DNA of 64,000 nucleotides from Squalus acanthias (GCA_030390025.1 CM059432.1:81594001-81658000); one strand, 5' to 3'. Positions 1 through 11,664 are shown, counted from the stretch's first letter. The notes: generated from the sequence alone by a model not told the origin. A program made the numbers and translations.

Positions 1-83
1 TGCTGAATGTACAGATCATAAGTGAGCAGATACAAAGAATTCTACATGTAATTACCAAATTTTCTGGAAGTTGCCATGACACT

Positions 84-186
84 TTTTCCTAGATTACAAC
101 AGTGACTACACTTCAAAAGCTGTAAAAGTGCTTTGGGATGTCCTGAGATCGTGAAAGGCGCTATATAAATGCAAGTCTTTCTTTTT
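84..186 (+). mobile_element. SINE/L2-type 3' tail fragment
   Basis: Ends ...AAAGGCGCTATATAAATGCAAGTCTTTCTTTTT, similar to the L2 3' end at 24884-24950 (minus strand). Confidence 0.55.
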
Positions 187-1680
187 CTCAGGAATTCTGC
201 CTTTCCTGATTTCTTCAAGGAAGAATCTGAAGTAACCAGATGACTCCTGGGCAACAACATGTATCTCCTGCAACCTCTCTGCGACTTGTGAGACCAGCAG
301 CTGAAGAGCACCAAAGTGAGGCAGATGCTTCTACAGGAGTTGCAATTGAGAGAACGTTAAGGGCTTAAAGATGTGCTTTCACTGCTTCAACAGATCTGGA
401 GAGGCTTTGCAATATGCTCCCAAGTGGGTAACCTGCACAGTGGTAACTTGGTATACCCTGCACAACTCATAGTCCAAAAAGGCCTAAGCATGGAAATTCC
501 TGGGGACGTAATCCTGCTTTGGAGGTAGAAGAACATGGAATGGAGCATCATGAAGACCGTGACTCAGAGGACTCCTCATTGACGGTTGCAAGGGGCATCA
601 GAGCTCAATTTAGCAATGAAGTTCTCATTGGTTTAACAGTCTCCCTTTGTAACAACTGCCTTTACTCCATTTCAATTGTCTTCGCATAATTCCCAACTCC
701 TTCAGTGCAAAACCCATCCTAGAACTTCGCAGCATATCAAACCTGTTTGTCCCTACATGTCTATGTCCAATCTTTAAAATCTCTCTGAATAACTGAGCAT
801 GAAATAAATTCAGCTTCTTTCTTATTACAAGCAATTCAAAAGTGAGCATAAGCCGTCCTACTCCTCCCACAGACCAGGCTTCCCTGGATGTGCATTCAAG
901 CCCAAAGTGTCTAAAAACCAGTGTGCAATGTGCTGTCTAATCTGTTTCCTATGTCACCAGGGCTGCAGTCTGTGCTTCCATGGGGTAGGAAGCACCAACT
1001 GGTCCCTGGCCACTTGAGAGGTGGGGGGACTAATGCAGATTCCAATGAAGCTGTCATATGCCCCATTGATGGCTGCAACAAAGAAAAAGCTTCCATGGTG
1101 TTCTCGCAAATGATGCCTGTAGACTCTAGACTTGCAGTTAAATCTAGTTTGGTAAATTTGCTTGTCATTTCAGGGGCTGATTAAATAGCGGCAACAGCCT
1201 TGTAAGTGTTCTGAGCTGTGGAATTAAGGCTACGTTGTTATCAGTCTCCTCCTTTAGTATAATAATCTATACTCAATTCCATGGCACAGACCGTGTACCT
1301 AAATTAAAGTTTTGTCCTTTCCTCTGAAGAGACAGAAAGGAGCCTTGGTGACTGACATCTCAAATTCTACAGTAAGCAATTATCTAATCAGAGTTGTCTG
1401 AGCATCTGAAGGAGAATTCACTGAAGACAGATTTAATGCTCATTGTAATTAAAGTTGTACAGTAGGTGCATGCTAAAGAGTATCAAGTTTCAGAAATCTA
1501 GTTTTCAAGTAGAAATGCACCTTGACATATTGAATGCAGTCTATGTGTAAGGCATTCATCCCTTTAAGGAATTTTTAAACAGAGGATTAAAAAGACTTTT
1601 ACTGTGATGGGATATTACAATTTAATTGTTTGTGTCTCCATGCTACCTCTCTCCAATACCCTTTGAGGCCAAATCGCGCC

Positions 1681-1838
1681 TTTTTTTAATTGGATGTGGA
1701 CATCGCCGGCAAGGCCAGCATTTATTGCCCATCTTCTTGAATACAACTGAATGGCTTACTCAGAGGGCAGTTAAGAGTCAACCACATTGCTGTGGGTCTG
1801 AAATCACATATAGGTCAGCAAATTTCCTTCCCTAAAGA
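1681..1838 (-). mobile_element. 5'-truncated SINE: 5' body of the 3053-6555 LINE joined directly to its 3' tail
   Basis: Reverse complement matches 3485-3607 (GACCCACAGCAATGTGGTTGACTCTTAACTGCCC), then 6451-6555 (TTCAAGAAG..GGGCAATAAATGCTGGCCTTGCC..polyA). Confidence 0.8.
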
Positions 1839-1926
1839 GATGAATTAGAAGTGTTATAATAAGAATGGGTGACGTTACCATTATGCACACGATGACATGT
1901 CACTGGCTGCTGACATCAGTCACAAT

Positions 1927-2688
1927 GGCCCAAAAATTCGGCCGTTCTCGGGTGAGTACTCAATGCGTACTCACCCATATTCGTTCCTGAAGTGCCGGTT
2001 TCCTGCATGCACTGCGCATGCGCGGGAAACCGGCACTTCCGGTATGGCAAAGGGGCGGTTCCTAGGTGAACCGCGTGCGCACTAGAGGCTGTGCGCACGC
2101 AGCACACTTAGGTTTTTTTTCAGGTTTCAACGCGAGGGTAAGTATGGAAGATTCTACGCAAGTAAAAAGGAGGCGTAAGACCCCTTTTGAACAAGGTAAG
2201 TAGTTAATTAAGTATAATTTAAAAAAAATTTCAACAGGTTTATCTTTTTTAGAGACTTTAAAGAAAGGTAAGTTTATTTTTATAACTTTTAAAAAGTATT
2301 TTAATTTTTTCAAAAATCTAAATTTTTGTTTAAAGTGGTTAATTTATTTAACTATAGTTATTTTATTAATGTGATGGTTTTTTTAAAATTTATTTGAGGT
2401 TTAGCTGTTCTTTTGGGGCCGATTTCAATTCACAGATTTGACAGGTCTCCTGTCAAATCTATGAATGAAAGATGGTCTGCTGCCATTGGCTCTCCATGGC
2501 CCACATGATCCCAGAGGACGCATCGCACTAACTGCGCCCCTGGAACACGCAAGCACTGCGCGCTGGCTCTTGGGAGAGGCCCGGGACCCGAAGTTCCTGT
2601 GGGCCCGAAACACAACGGCAGGCGCGGTAGGTGATATCGCGCGCGATCCTTACCCCCGCGGCAAGCCTCCGAATCGAATTTCTAGGCC
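1927..2688. mobile_element. PIF/Harbinger-type MITE, family A copy 1
   Basis: TIRs GGCCCAAAAATTCG / CGAATTTCTAGGCC; internal palindromes; homologous to 11712-12453 and 12759-13522. Confidence 0.8.
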
Positions 2689-2749
2689 CATATGAGTATA
2701 TGGGTGACTGTTGTATGCCATGAGGCTTTATGAGATGTGATTCTGTCAC

Positions 2750-2849
2750 CAGGTTGCTGGGATGTCCCCCTCTCTCCGTCTCCCACTGCCAGCGTTTCTC
2801 GAGCTCCCGAGATCTCCAGAGCCCCAGAGTTGTTCTGGGCTCTTTTCTC
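2750..2849 (-). pseudogene. Exon 2 remnant of a Harbinger Myb/SANT gene
   Basis: TTGCAG acceptor, then EKRAQNN...; GTGACAGAAT donor identical to that of the homologous exon at 8281-8442. Confidence 0.6.
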
Positions 2850-3123
2850 CTGCAAGGTCGGAAAGAAGAGAAGTTTGAGTGAGAGTGATGGAATGCATGT
2901 AAGTAATGGATGGGTTACATCTTTAGAGGGTGACTATGAGGGAGTGGGGTTCCAATGCCAAATGGCCTTCCTCTGTGGTGTTACTTGCTGTGATTGCATC
3001 ACGGCTGCAAAAGATGCCAGAGCCTCATGCAATTGTTGCTGAGCTGTTGCTGGGAACAATAGCATAGTGGTAATGTCACTAGTAATCCAAAGGCCTTGAC
3101 TATTGATCCAGAGACGTGAGTTC

Positions 3124-3349
3124 TGACATGAATCTTGTCATTCATGGGAAATGACTTATGACATAATACTGGGCGGCCTGCTGGTGGCGCTGGCCAGGAA
3201 GAGTATAAATACTTGGGCATGGGCCCAGCTTGCTCAGGACATTCTTTAACAGGAACTACTAAAGGACAACTAGACCTACATGTTGTAAAACAGTTGATTA
3301 AAGCTTTGTTTAACGCTTAGACCAAGTGCCTAGTAGTTTTCTTACGTCA
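3124..3349 (+). mobile_element. Solo LTR (226 bp)
   Basis: TG...CA termini with short inverted ends (TGAC/GTCA); 5-bp TSD AGTTC (3119-3123, 3350-3354); internal TATAAA (~3204) and ATTAAA (~3297). Confidence 0.75.
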
Positions 3350-3689
3350 AGTTCAAATCCCACCACGGCAGCTGGGGAATTTAAATTCAGTTAATTCAAT
3401 AAATCTGGAATAAAAAGCTAGTTTCAGTAATGGTAACCATGAAACTATTGTATTGTCGTAAAAACCCATCTGGTTCACTAATGTCCTTTAGGGAATGAAA
3501 TCTGCCGTCCTTACCTGGTCTGGCCTATATGTGACTCCAAACCCACAGCAAAATGTGGTTGAATCTTTACTGCCCCCTGAAATGGCCTAGCAGGCCACAC
3601 TGTTGTAACAAACTGCTACGAAACACAATAATAATAAGAAAACCAGACGGACCAACCGGCACCAGCTACGGACACGGCAACGGCACACC

Positions 3690-6492
3690 AGTCGACCCTG
3701 CAAAGTCCTCCTCACCAACATCTGGGGGCTTGTGCCAAAATTGGGAGAACTGTCCCACAGACTAGTCAAGCAACAGCCTGACATAGTCATACTCACAGAA
3801 TCATACCTTTCAGCCAATGTCCCAAATTCCTCCATCACCATTCCTGGGTATGTCCTGTCCCACCGGCAGGACAGACCCACCAGGGGTGGCGACACAGTAG
3901 TATACAGTCGGTAAGGAGTGGCCCTGGGAGTCCCTAACATTGACTCCAGACCCCATGAAGTCTCATGGCTTCAGGTCAAGCATGGGCAAGGAAACCTCCT
4001 GCTGATTACCACGTAGTGCCCTCCCTCAGCTGATGAATCAGTACTCCTCCATGTTGAACACCACCTGGAAGAAGTACTGAGAGTAGCAAGGGCACAGTAT
4101 GTACTCTGGGTGGGGGACTTCAATGTCCATCACCAAGAGTGGCTCGGTAGCACCACTACTGACCGAGCTGGCCGAGTCCTGAAGGACATAACTGCCAGTC
4201 TGGGCCTGCGACAGGTGGTGAGAGAACCAACACGAGGGAAAAATCTACTTTACCTCGTCCTCACCAATCTACCTGTCGCAGATGCATCTGTCCATGACAG
4301 CATTAGTAGCAGTGACCACCGCACAGTCATTGTGGAGATAAAGTCCCGTCTTCACACTGAGAACACACTCCATCATGTTGTGTGGCACTACCACCGTGCT
4401 AAATGAGACAGATTCAGTACAGATCTAGCAGCTCAAAACTGGGCATCCATGAGGCGCTGTGGGCCATCAGCAGCAGCAGAATTGTATTCCACCACAATCT
4501 GTAACCTCATGGCCCAGCATATCCCTCACTCTACCATTACCATCAAGTCAGGGGACCAACCCTGGTTCAATAAGGAGTGTAGAAGAGCATGCCAGGAGCA
4601 GCACCAGGTGTACCTAAAAAAGAGGTGCCAACCTGGGGAATCTGCAACACAGGACTACATGCATGCTAAAAAGCGGAAGCAGCATGCTATAGACAGGGCT
4701 AAGCAATCCCACAATCAACGGATCAGATCAAAATTCTGCAGTCCTGCCACATCCAGTCGTGAATGGTGGTGGACCATTAAACAACTAACGGGAGGAGGAG
4801 GCTCCATGAATATCCCCATCCTCAATGATGGTGGAGCCCAGCACGAGTGCAAAAGACAAGGCTGAAGCGTTTGCAACCATCTTCAGCCAGAAGTGCCGAG
4901 TGGATGATCCATAACGGCCTCCTCCTGAGGTCCCCACCACCACAGAAGCCAGTCTGCAACCAATTCGATTCATTCCACGTGATATCAAGAAACGGCTGAG
5001 CGCACTGGATACAGCAAAGGCTATGGGCCCCGACAACATCCCGGCTATCGTGCTGAAGATATGTGCTCCAGAAATAGTTGCGCCTCTAGCCAAGCTGTTC
5101 CGGTATAGTTACAACACTGGCATCTATCAAACTGCCCAGGTATGTCCTGTCCACAAAAAGCAGGACAAATCCAATCTGGCAATTATCGCCCCATCAGTCT
5201 ACTCTCAATCATCAGCAAAGTGATGGAAGGTGTCATCGACAGTGCTATCAAGCGGCACTTACTCACCAATAACCTGCTCACTGATGCCCAGTTGGCTTCT
5301 GCGAAGACCACTCGGCTCCCGACCTCATTACAGCCTTGGTCCAAACATGGACAAAGGAGCTGAATTCCCAGGTGAGGTGAGAGTGACTGCCCTTGACATC
5401 AAGGCAGCATTTGACCAAGTGTGGCATCAAGGAGCCCTGGTAAAACTGAAGTCAATGGGAATCGGGGGGGAAAACTCTCCACTGGCTGGAGTCATGCCTA
5501 GCACAATGAAAGATGGTTGTGGTAGTTGAAGGTCAATCATCACAGCCCCAGGACATCGCTGCAAGAGTTCCTCAGGGCAGTGTCCTAGGCCCAAACATCT
5601 TCAGCTGCTTCATCAATGACCTTCCCTCCAACGTAAGGTCAGAAATGAGGATGTTCGCTGATGACTGCACAGTGTTCAGCGCCATTTGCAACTCCTCAGA
5701 TAATGAAGTAGCCCATGCCCGCATGCAAAAAGACCTCGACGACGTTCAGGCTTGGGCTGATAAGTGGCAGGTAACATTCGCACCACACAAGTGCCAGGCA
5801 ATGACTATCTCCAACAAGCGAGAGTCTAACCACCTCCCCTTGACATTCAATGGCATTACCATCGCCAAATCCCTCACCATCAACATCCTGGGGGTCACCA
5901 TTGACCAGAAACTTAACTGGACCAGCCACATAAATACTGTGGCAACAAGAGCAGGTCAGAGGCTAGGTATTCTGTGGCGTCTCACCTCCTGATTCCCCAA
6001 AGCCTTTCCACCATCTACAAGGCACAAGTAAGGAGTGTGATGGAATACTCTCCACTTGCCTGGGTGAGTGCAGCCCCTACAACGCTCAAGAAGCTCGACA
6101 CCATCCAGGACAAAGCAGCCCGCTTGATTGGCACCCCATCCAGCACCTTAAACATTCACTCCCTCCACCACCGGCGTACAGTGGCTACAGTGTGTACCAT
6201 CTACAAGATGCACTGCAGCAACTCGCCAAGGCTTCTTCGGCAGCACCTCCCAAACCCGCGACCTCTACCACCTAGAAGGACAAGAGCAGCAGGCGCATGG
6301 GAACACCACCACCTCCAAGATCCCCTCCAAGTCACACACCATCCTGACTTGGAAATATATCGCCGATCATTCATCATCGCTGGGTCAAAATCCTGGAACT
6401 CCCTACCTAACAGCACTGTGGGAGTACCTTCACCACACGGACTGCAGCAGTTCAAGAAGGCGGCTTACCACCACCTTCTCAAGGACAAATAG
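3690..6492 (+). pseudogene. LINE endonuclease-reverse transcriptase ORF with several stops and frameshifts
   Basis: APE motifs ILTES, GDFN, SDH; RT motifs YRPISLLS, ALDIKAAFD, PQGSVLGP, FADD across ORFs 3732-6492. Confidence 0.9.
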
Positions 6493-6747
6493 GGATGGGC
6501 AATAAATGCTGGCCTTGCCAGCGACGCCCACATCTCATGAACAAATAAAAAAAAAGGATGAGGGTGAGTGTATGGGGTGGTTAATGAGATGGGGATGTGA
6601 GTATGTACATAGAGAGAGAGGGATGGGTGAACCTGGAAGGTATGTTGGTGTGAGGAATGATGTGCAGGAGTAGGCTTGGGAAGGCAGAGTGATGGGGATG
6701 TGGTGTAAGGCACAGCAGGATGAAGGAGAGCGTGGCTTTGCACTCAC

Positions 6748-6987
6748 CTTTCCTGACCTCAACAGGTCATTGAATCTCTTCCTGCACTGGATCCAGGTCC
6801 TCCTCATGACCTCCCTGCTGCTGACCTCCTCTGCTATTTCCAGCCAGGCCCTTTTGGTTTCTTGGCGAGGTCTCTTGCACCCATCTGCTGGGAAGAGGAC
6901 CTCCCTGCGTGCTCTTACTGCCTCGACCAGAATATGCAGCGAGGCTTCTGTAAAGCGGTGTGCAGTCCTTTGCCTTTGGGTATTCAT
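6748..6987 (-). pseudogene. Exon 1 of a Harbinger Myb/SANT (trihelix-like) gene; element end near 7277
   Basis: MNTQRQRTAHRFTEASLHILVEAV...AWLEIAEEV...WIQCRKRFNDL followed by a GTGAGT donor; TIR-like GAAAATTCTGGCC ending 7277. Confidence 0.8.
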
Positions 6988-8473
6988 ATTTTTCACTTTG
7001 CACAATAACTCCCACCTTTATAATGCTCCTTCCACACCCCTTTACCAACCTTCAGATGAGTTGTGTGCAAGGCTGCTTTAAAAATGGGCACTGGAAATTA
7101 GTCATCGATGATGTCATCAGACCTGCACCATATAATAAGGCCGGGAAACGTGGCTGGTTTAATTGGGGCCATTACGCGAAAGTCGCTCTGAAGAGCGGGC
7201 TGATCAAGACATCGCGTTCCCGACCCGCTACACGGCCCGCCTGCACCCGACCCGACTCAGAAGAGAAAATTCTGGCCATTGTGAGCAATCCCATTTACTA
7301 GTATCTTATAAAGAATGTCACACTCCAGAACATATTTCAGGGCAGTCAAAACCTCTCAGGGTTGAGATATCATTGATGAATCATTTGAATTTCTCTCTTG
7401 TACTTTATATCACTTTAACCATGTATGTACCGCCGACTGTGAGGGCTCGATTTTGCCAGTGTGGGCGGGCTGGGGCATGTCAAGCGGCATTCGTGTCAGG
7501 ACCCCGACTCCGAAGTGAAGTGGGGAAAAGTGCGATTTTCCCCTAATTGGGCAATTGATTTCCAGCGTGTGGGAACCCTTGGCCCAATGAGTCTTTTCAT
7601 CCAAAAAGTCGCCTCCGATGATGTCATCAATGCTGTTGGATTTAAGGCCTGCAAGCAGCCTTGCTTCTTCTGGAGACTGCAAACTTTATAGTCATTGTAG
7701 TAAGCACTTCATTGATCGACTTTGTCCACCAGTAGGCCAAAGTGTGCTCCACACTTCGATGAGGCCTCCCTCCGAGCTCTGGTGGAGGGAGCAAGATCGA
7801 ATAAGGAGATGCTTTTCCCTTCCTCAGTGAGAAAAAAGCCACCCCAGCAGACTAAAGCTGTGTGGCTGCAATTGGCCCAGGAGGTCAACTCCATCTCAAT
7901 GAGCCGCAGAACCTGGCTGCAATGCAGGAAGAGGTTTCATGACCTTCTCCGCACAGGAAAAGTGAGTATGACTTTCCCATCACTCTCAATCTGATCCCCA
8001 TCGCCTCTCCTCACCAGCACTCTGCTTTGCCAACCTCTTCCTCCACATCCCACTTGACACTTACATCCCTGCACCCTTACCCATTGCCTCTCTCTCTATG
8101 GTCACATTCACTTCACTATTCGACCATGCAGCCCTCACACTCCCTATCACCGTGATGCAATGACAACAACTTACAACACACAGGGAGGGTCCTTTGTATC
8201 CTTCTAAGCATCTATCCTATGCATTCTCTACACTCACTCCTTCATTCTCACTCAAACTCCACTTGTGTCCCTCATTGCAGGAAAAGAGAGCCCACAATAA
8301 TAGAGGGAAAGAGCCATGACAGGAGGAGGGCCACCCTCAGTAGCCCAACTCACCGCCTGGGAGGAGGCGGCCCTGGAAATCGCCGGAATTGAGGACAATT
8401 CCCAAGTGGGGGACGGACAGACGGGTGCATCACAGCAAGCTGGTGACAGAATAGTTTGGCATCTCTCTCATTG

Positions 8474-8869
8474 TGCGGAGATGCCGGTGTTGGACTGGGG
8501 TGGACAAAAATGAGAAGTCGCACAACACCAGGTTATAGTCCAACAGTTTTATTTAAAATTACGAGCTTTCAGTGCTCCGCTTTTTAAAAAAAAAGTTAAA
8601 AGCTTAACTGCAGACGGCAGCATTTGACACGTTGGACCCCCTGTGACCCACCTCATTGTCTTAGCTGTACTCTGATGTGTCTTTGATGTAATGCCTCCCT
8701 AACAGATTGTATCTCTGCAGACAAATTGTTCTCTGTGTTTATATACGGTGTAATCGATTTGTATTCCCTCACTGTACCTTTACCTGAAGAAGGAGCGGAG
8801 CTCCGAAAGCTCGTAATTTTAAATAAAACTGTTGGACTATAACCTGGTGTTGTGCGACTTCTCATTTTT
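8474..8869. mobile_element. Short Penelope-like (pLTR-derived) element with inverted ends
   Basis: Inverted terminal segments; 13-bp TSD ATCTCTCTCATTG (8461-8473, 8870-8882); hammerhead core. Confidence 0.8.
8780..8816 (+). ncRNA. Minimal type I hammerhead ribozyme
   Basis: TTAC-CTGAAGA-AGGAGC GGA GCTCC-GAAA-GCTC-GTAA: core, stem II, palindromic stem III, stem I pairing. Confidence 0.75.
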
Positions 8870-11078
8870 ATCTCTCTCATTGACATTGCATGAGTCACTG
8901 ATATTGATTCTGATGCTCTAACAGATTGACTTATGATCATCTGCACCATTCAATGTTCATGTAACCTTTACCTCACATCTCTAACTCTTTCCTTTACTTC
9001 CCCACAGGACCATCGAAAGCCCCTGTCCCCACTGTCCAGGAGGACAACCTGAGCCTCCAGACTCCTCGAGGAAGCTGGAACCTCTGAGGGTGCAGCGTCA
9101 GCAGATTTCAGCGCACCCAGCACCAGCGCAGACACTCACACCTCGGTGGGACCTTCGTGAGCTAGAGTAGTGTTGGCACCTGGTATATCGCAGCTCACAA
9201 GTGAGCATCAGCAGATGGTGGAGACAGGGACAGCAGTGGAGAGTCCTCGTCGGAGGGCGCAGGACTCTGCCAGCTCAGCTCAGCTGCATGTCTACCCTGT
9301 GCCTCCGGGTCCATCCAGAAGGAGAGCGGTGCTGGAACTCCAGGAACAGGTGCAGGAGTCTCTGGCTGGTTTTGTCTCCAGGGTCGCTGCGAGTGTGGAA
9401 CAAATGGAGTAGTCCATCGCGAACATGAGCAGAGCCTTTGTGGAGGCATTGGCGCATGAACGCATCACCGCAGAAAGGATGGTAACCTCTGTGGAAAGGA
9501 TGGCTACCTCCGTGGTAAGGCTGGCTACCATAGAGGAGAGGATGGCTACAGTAGAGGAGAGGCTGGCTACGGCCATGGAGGAGCTTAGTCGCCAGGGTCT
9601 TGAAAACATGGTCATTGTTCAGAATAGACTGACATCTCTTGAGGAGTGATGGTCAGCTATTGAGCATAGAAACCAGACCTTCATGGAAGTCCTCTGGAGT
9701 AGGACTTCCAGTGCAGAAACGGGTCCTCATAGCCCCCCTGAAGTGCAGCAAGGTGCTGTCAAGCCACTTGCTAGCTCTGAAGTGGAGCTGGCCCATGAGA
9801 GGGATGTTGGTGGCAGACAACAAGGAAGTGGGGGCTCCTCTCCAAGCACTCACATGACCATGCCACTGCAAAGCCATCGGTCAGTGCCCCACCAGAGTCC
9901 TCACCCAACTGAGATGGGCATCTCAGCCCCTGCACAGCCGCAGAAGCAGCAGACTGATGCCGAGCCCTCACAGGTTCGCAACCCCAGAGGACGCCCGCCA
10001 AAGGTGTTGAGACAGGAGCAGCAAGAAAGTGAGCAAGGGGCCTTCACATCTGCTGAAGCCACAGGGGAAGCACCACGTAGGAGCATGCGTAAGAGGAAGA
10101 TAAAGCACAAGTAGTCACAAGGGTAGTCACTTGGGTGTTGTGATGTATTGTTTTTTGACCAGCCATCCTTGTCATGGTATCATAAACAGATTTGATGGCA
10201 AACTGTTGAAATTGTGGCCTGTGTCATTTCGCAAATGGGGCTTCCACATTGAGGGCTTAGGGCGACTTGCAATTGTCAGTATGGTGGTCAGAGTGATAGG
10301 AATCTGCAGATTTTTGTCCATTGTCGATGCTCTGGTAAGAAGGTGCGAGGCAAAAGTGTTTGATTGTGCAGGCTAAGCAAATCTGGCCAAGATGAGTGCG
10401 TCCCTTGCAGCTTCAGGTGGGTGAGCAGCAGCTTGGCGCTCCTGTTATTGCTGCTGTTGGTCATGGGTCTGCTGCTGCCACGGCTGGTCTTCGTCTGAAT
10501 CTGATGTCTAGGAGGAAAGGAAATAAATGTTCGCCATGCTTCTGGTATATGCCTCAGTTGAGGAAGCGTTCAGTCAAGGTGGGGAGAGGGGTTTCCCAGG
10601 AGGTCACACTGGAGATGGGTGTCAGGCTCTAAACTTCCACAACAATGAATATGCCTGTCTAAAAGTAAACCCAGACCTGAGACAACAAAGTTCTGCCACC
10701 TGCAAGTGATCATTGGTGAAAACTCTTTTTTAATGGTGGAGCTGCAGCTGTTAGTAAGCAATCCAATTGTGAGGCTGCCAGGATTACTTGGCGTGTTCCA
10801 GAGGAGGCGTGTAGGATGGGGGAAATGTCTTAAAATCAGAAAGGCCTCTCAAAATGGGATAATAGAGGCAATTAAGTGGTTGTTAAGGGCCTTAAGGGTC
10901 TTAGAGGCAGGATGGAAACTGGGTCTGAAAACATGAATGTAGGAAAATTGCTCGGAGGCGGGATGGAGGTGGGATCGGGCTTGGCCGGCATTTTTTGCCA
11001 TTTTGACAACTCACACGCCTCCAAACCCATCTCCTCGGGCCAGGTAAAATCGAGCATTAAATGTCTGTAAGATATATT

Positions 11079-11664
11079 GGGGGGAAAATTTGGTTGCTTT
11101 GCGCCTCCCGTTAGCGCCATGAGAGGGTGCTAATGGGGCACAAAGCAACTAGCACCCAGGTGCGGCACCGCTAACGCCTCCCGCGAAATTCAGCGGGAGG
11201 TTAGCAGCGGCAGTAGCCGGTAGCGCCCCACGGTGCTGTACCTCCGGCAATGACATCGTTCGTGCCCCGGCTGCAAACTTGGCTCATGCCCCCTGACCTA
11301 TCGCCGGATGCTATGACCGACAGGGTCAGGGAGGCATTCTTGCGGCCGGGACGGCGATAATTAAAGGGCAGGCGCCAGCCCGGCACTCCTCTTGAGTGCC
11401 GGGCTCTTTTGCCGGCACCCCAGTCCAGCGGGGCCCCGGTGTACGCTGCGCTAAGCCCCTCCCCTTTAATCAGGGGAGGGAGGCCTGCAGTACCGCGGCG
11501 CTATATGCTGGTGCGCGTGGCAGTGTTGCAATAGCGCCGTGATATTCCATGGGAGTGCCCCAAGAGGGAGGGGGAGCGCTTCCAGTAGCGCCCAGCCTCC
11601 TGCTTGGCGTGCTACCATTCAATTTCGGGCGCAGGGGCGCTAACATTTTCAGGGCGCTAAAAGT
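11079..11664. mobile_element. Harbinger MITE family B, truncated at the right end
   Basis: GGGGGGAAAATTTGGTTGCTTTGCGCCTCCCGTTAGCGCC end shared with 17833, 41491 (rc) and 45705. Confidence 0.7.

Larger units (their letters stand above)
3053..6555 (+). mobile_element. Single-ORF (ORF1-less) CR1/L2-group LINE with a tRNA-like head, decayed
   Basis: A-box TAGCATAGTGG (3060-3070); B-box GTTCAAATCC (3351-3360); APE and RT coding remnants; AATAAA-containing tail and poly(A) ending at 6555. Confidence 0.85.
7722..10114 (+). pseudogene. Three-exon Harbinger Myb/SANT gene (7722-7961, 8281-8442, 9008-10114), disrupted
   Basis: APHFDEASLRALV...W...WLQCRKRFHDL; GT-AG sites; heptad repeat region; basic C-terminus RRSMRKRKIKHK; internal stops. 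Confidence 0.8.
7443..11057. mobile_element. Non-autonomous PIF/Harbinger element
   Basis: TIRs GGGCTCGATTTT / AAAATCGAGCAT; contains a Myb/SANT gene remnant. Confidence 0.7.

Noticed and set aside
230..1200. Possible decayed exon 3 of the minus-strand Myb gene
   Set aside because: The position fits, but I could not recover a convincing motif.
1330..1371. Possible 42-nt host micro-exon (RQKGALVTDISNST) between AAG and GTAAGC
   Set aside because: No recognisable homology or partner exons; such splice-like motifs occur by chance.
3053..3365. tRNA gene
   Set aside because: A and B boxes are present but there is no cloverleaf, and the sequence continues into a retroelement body.
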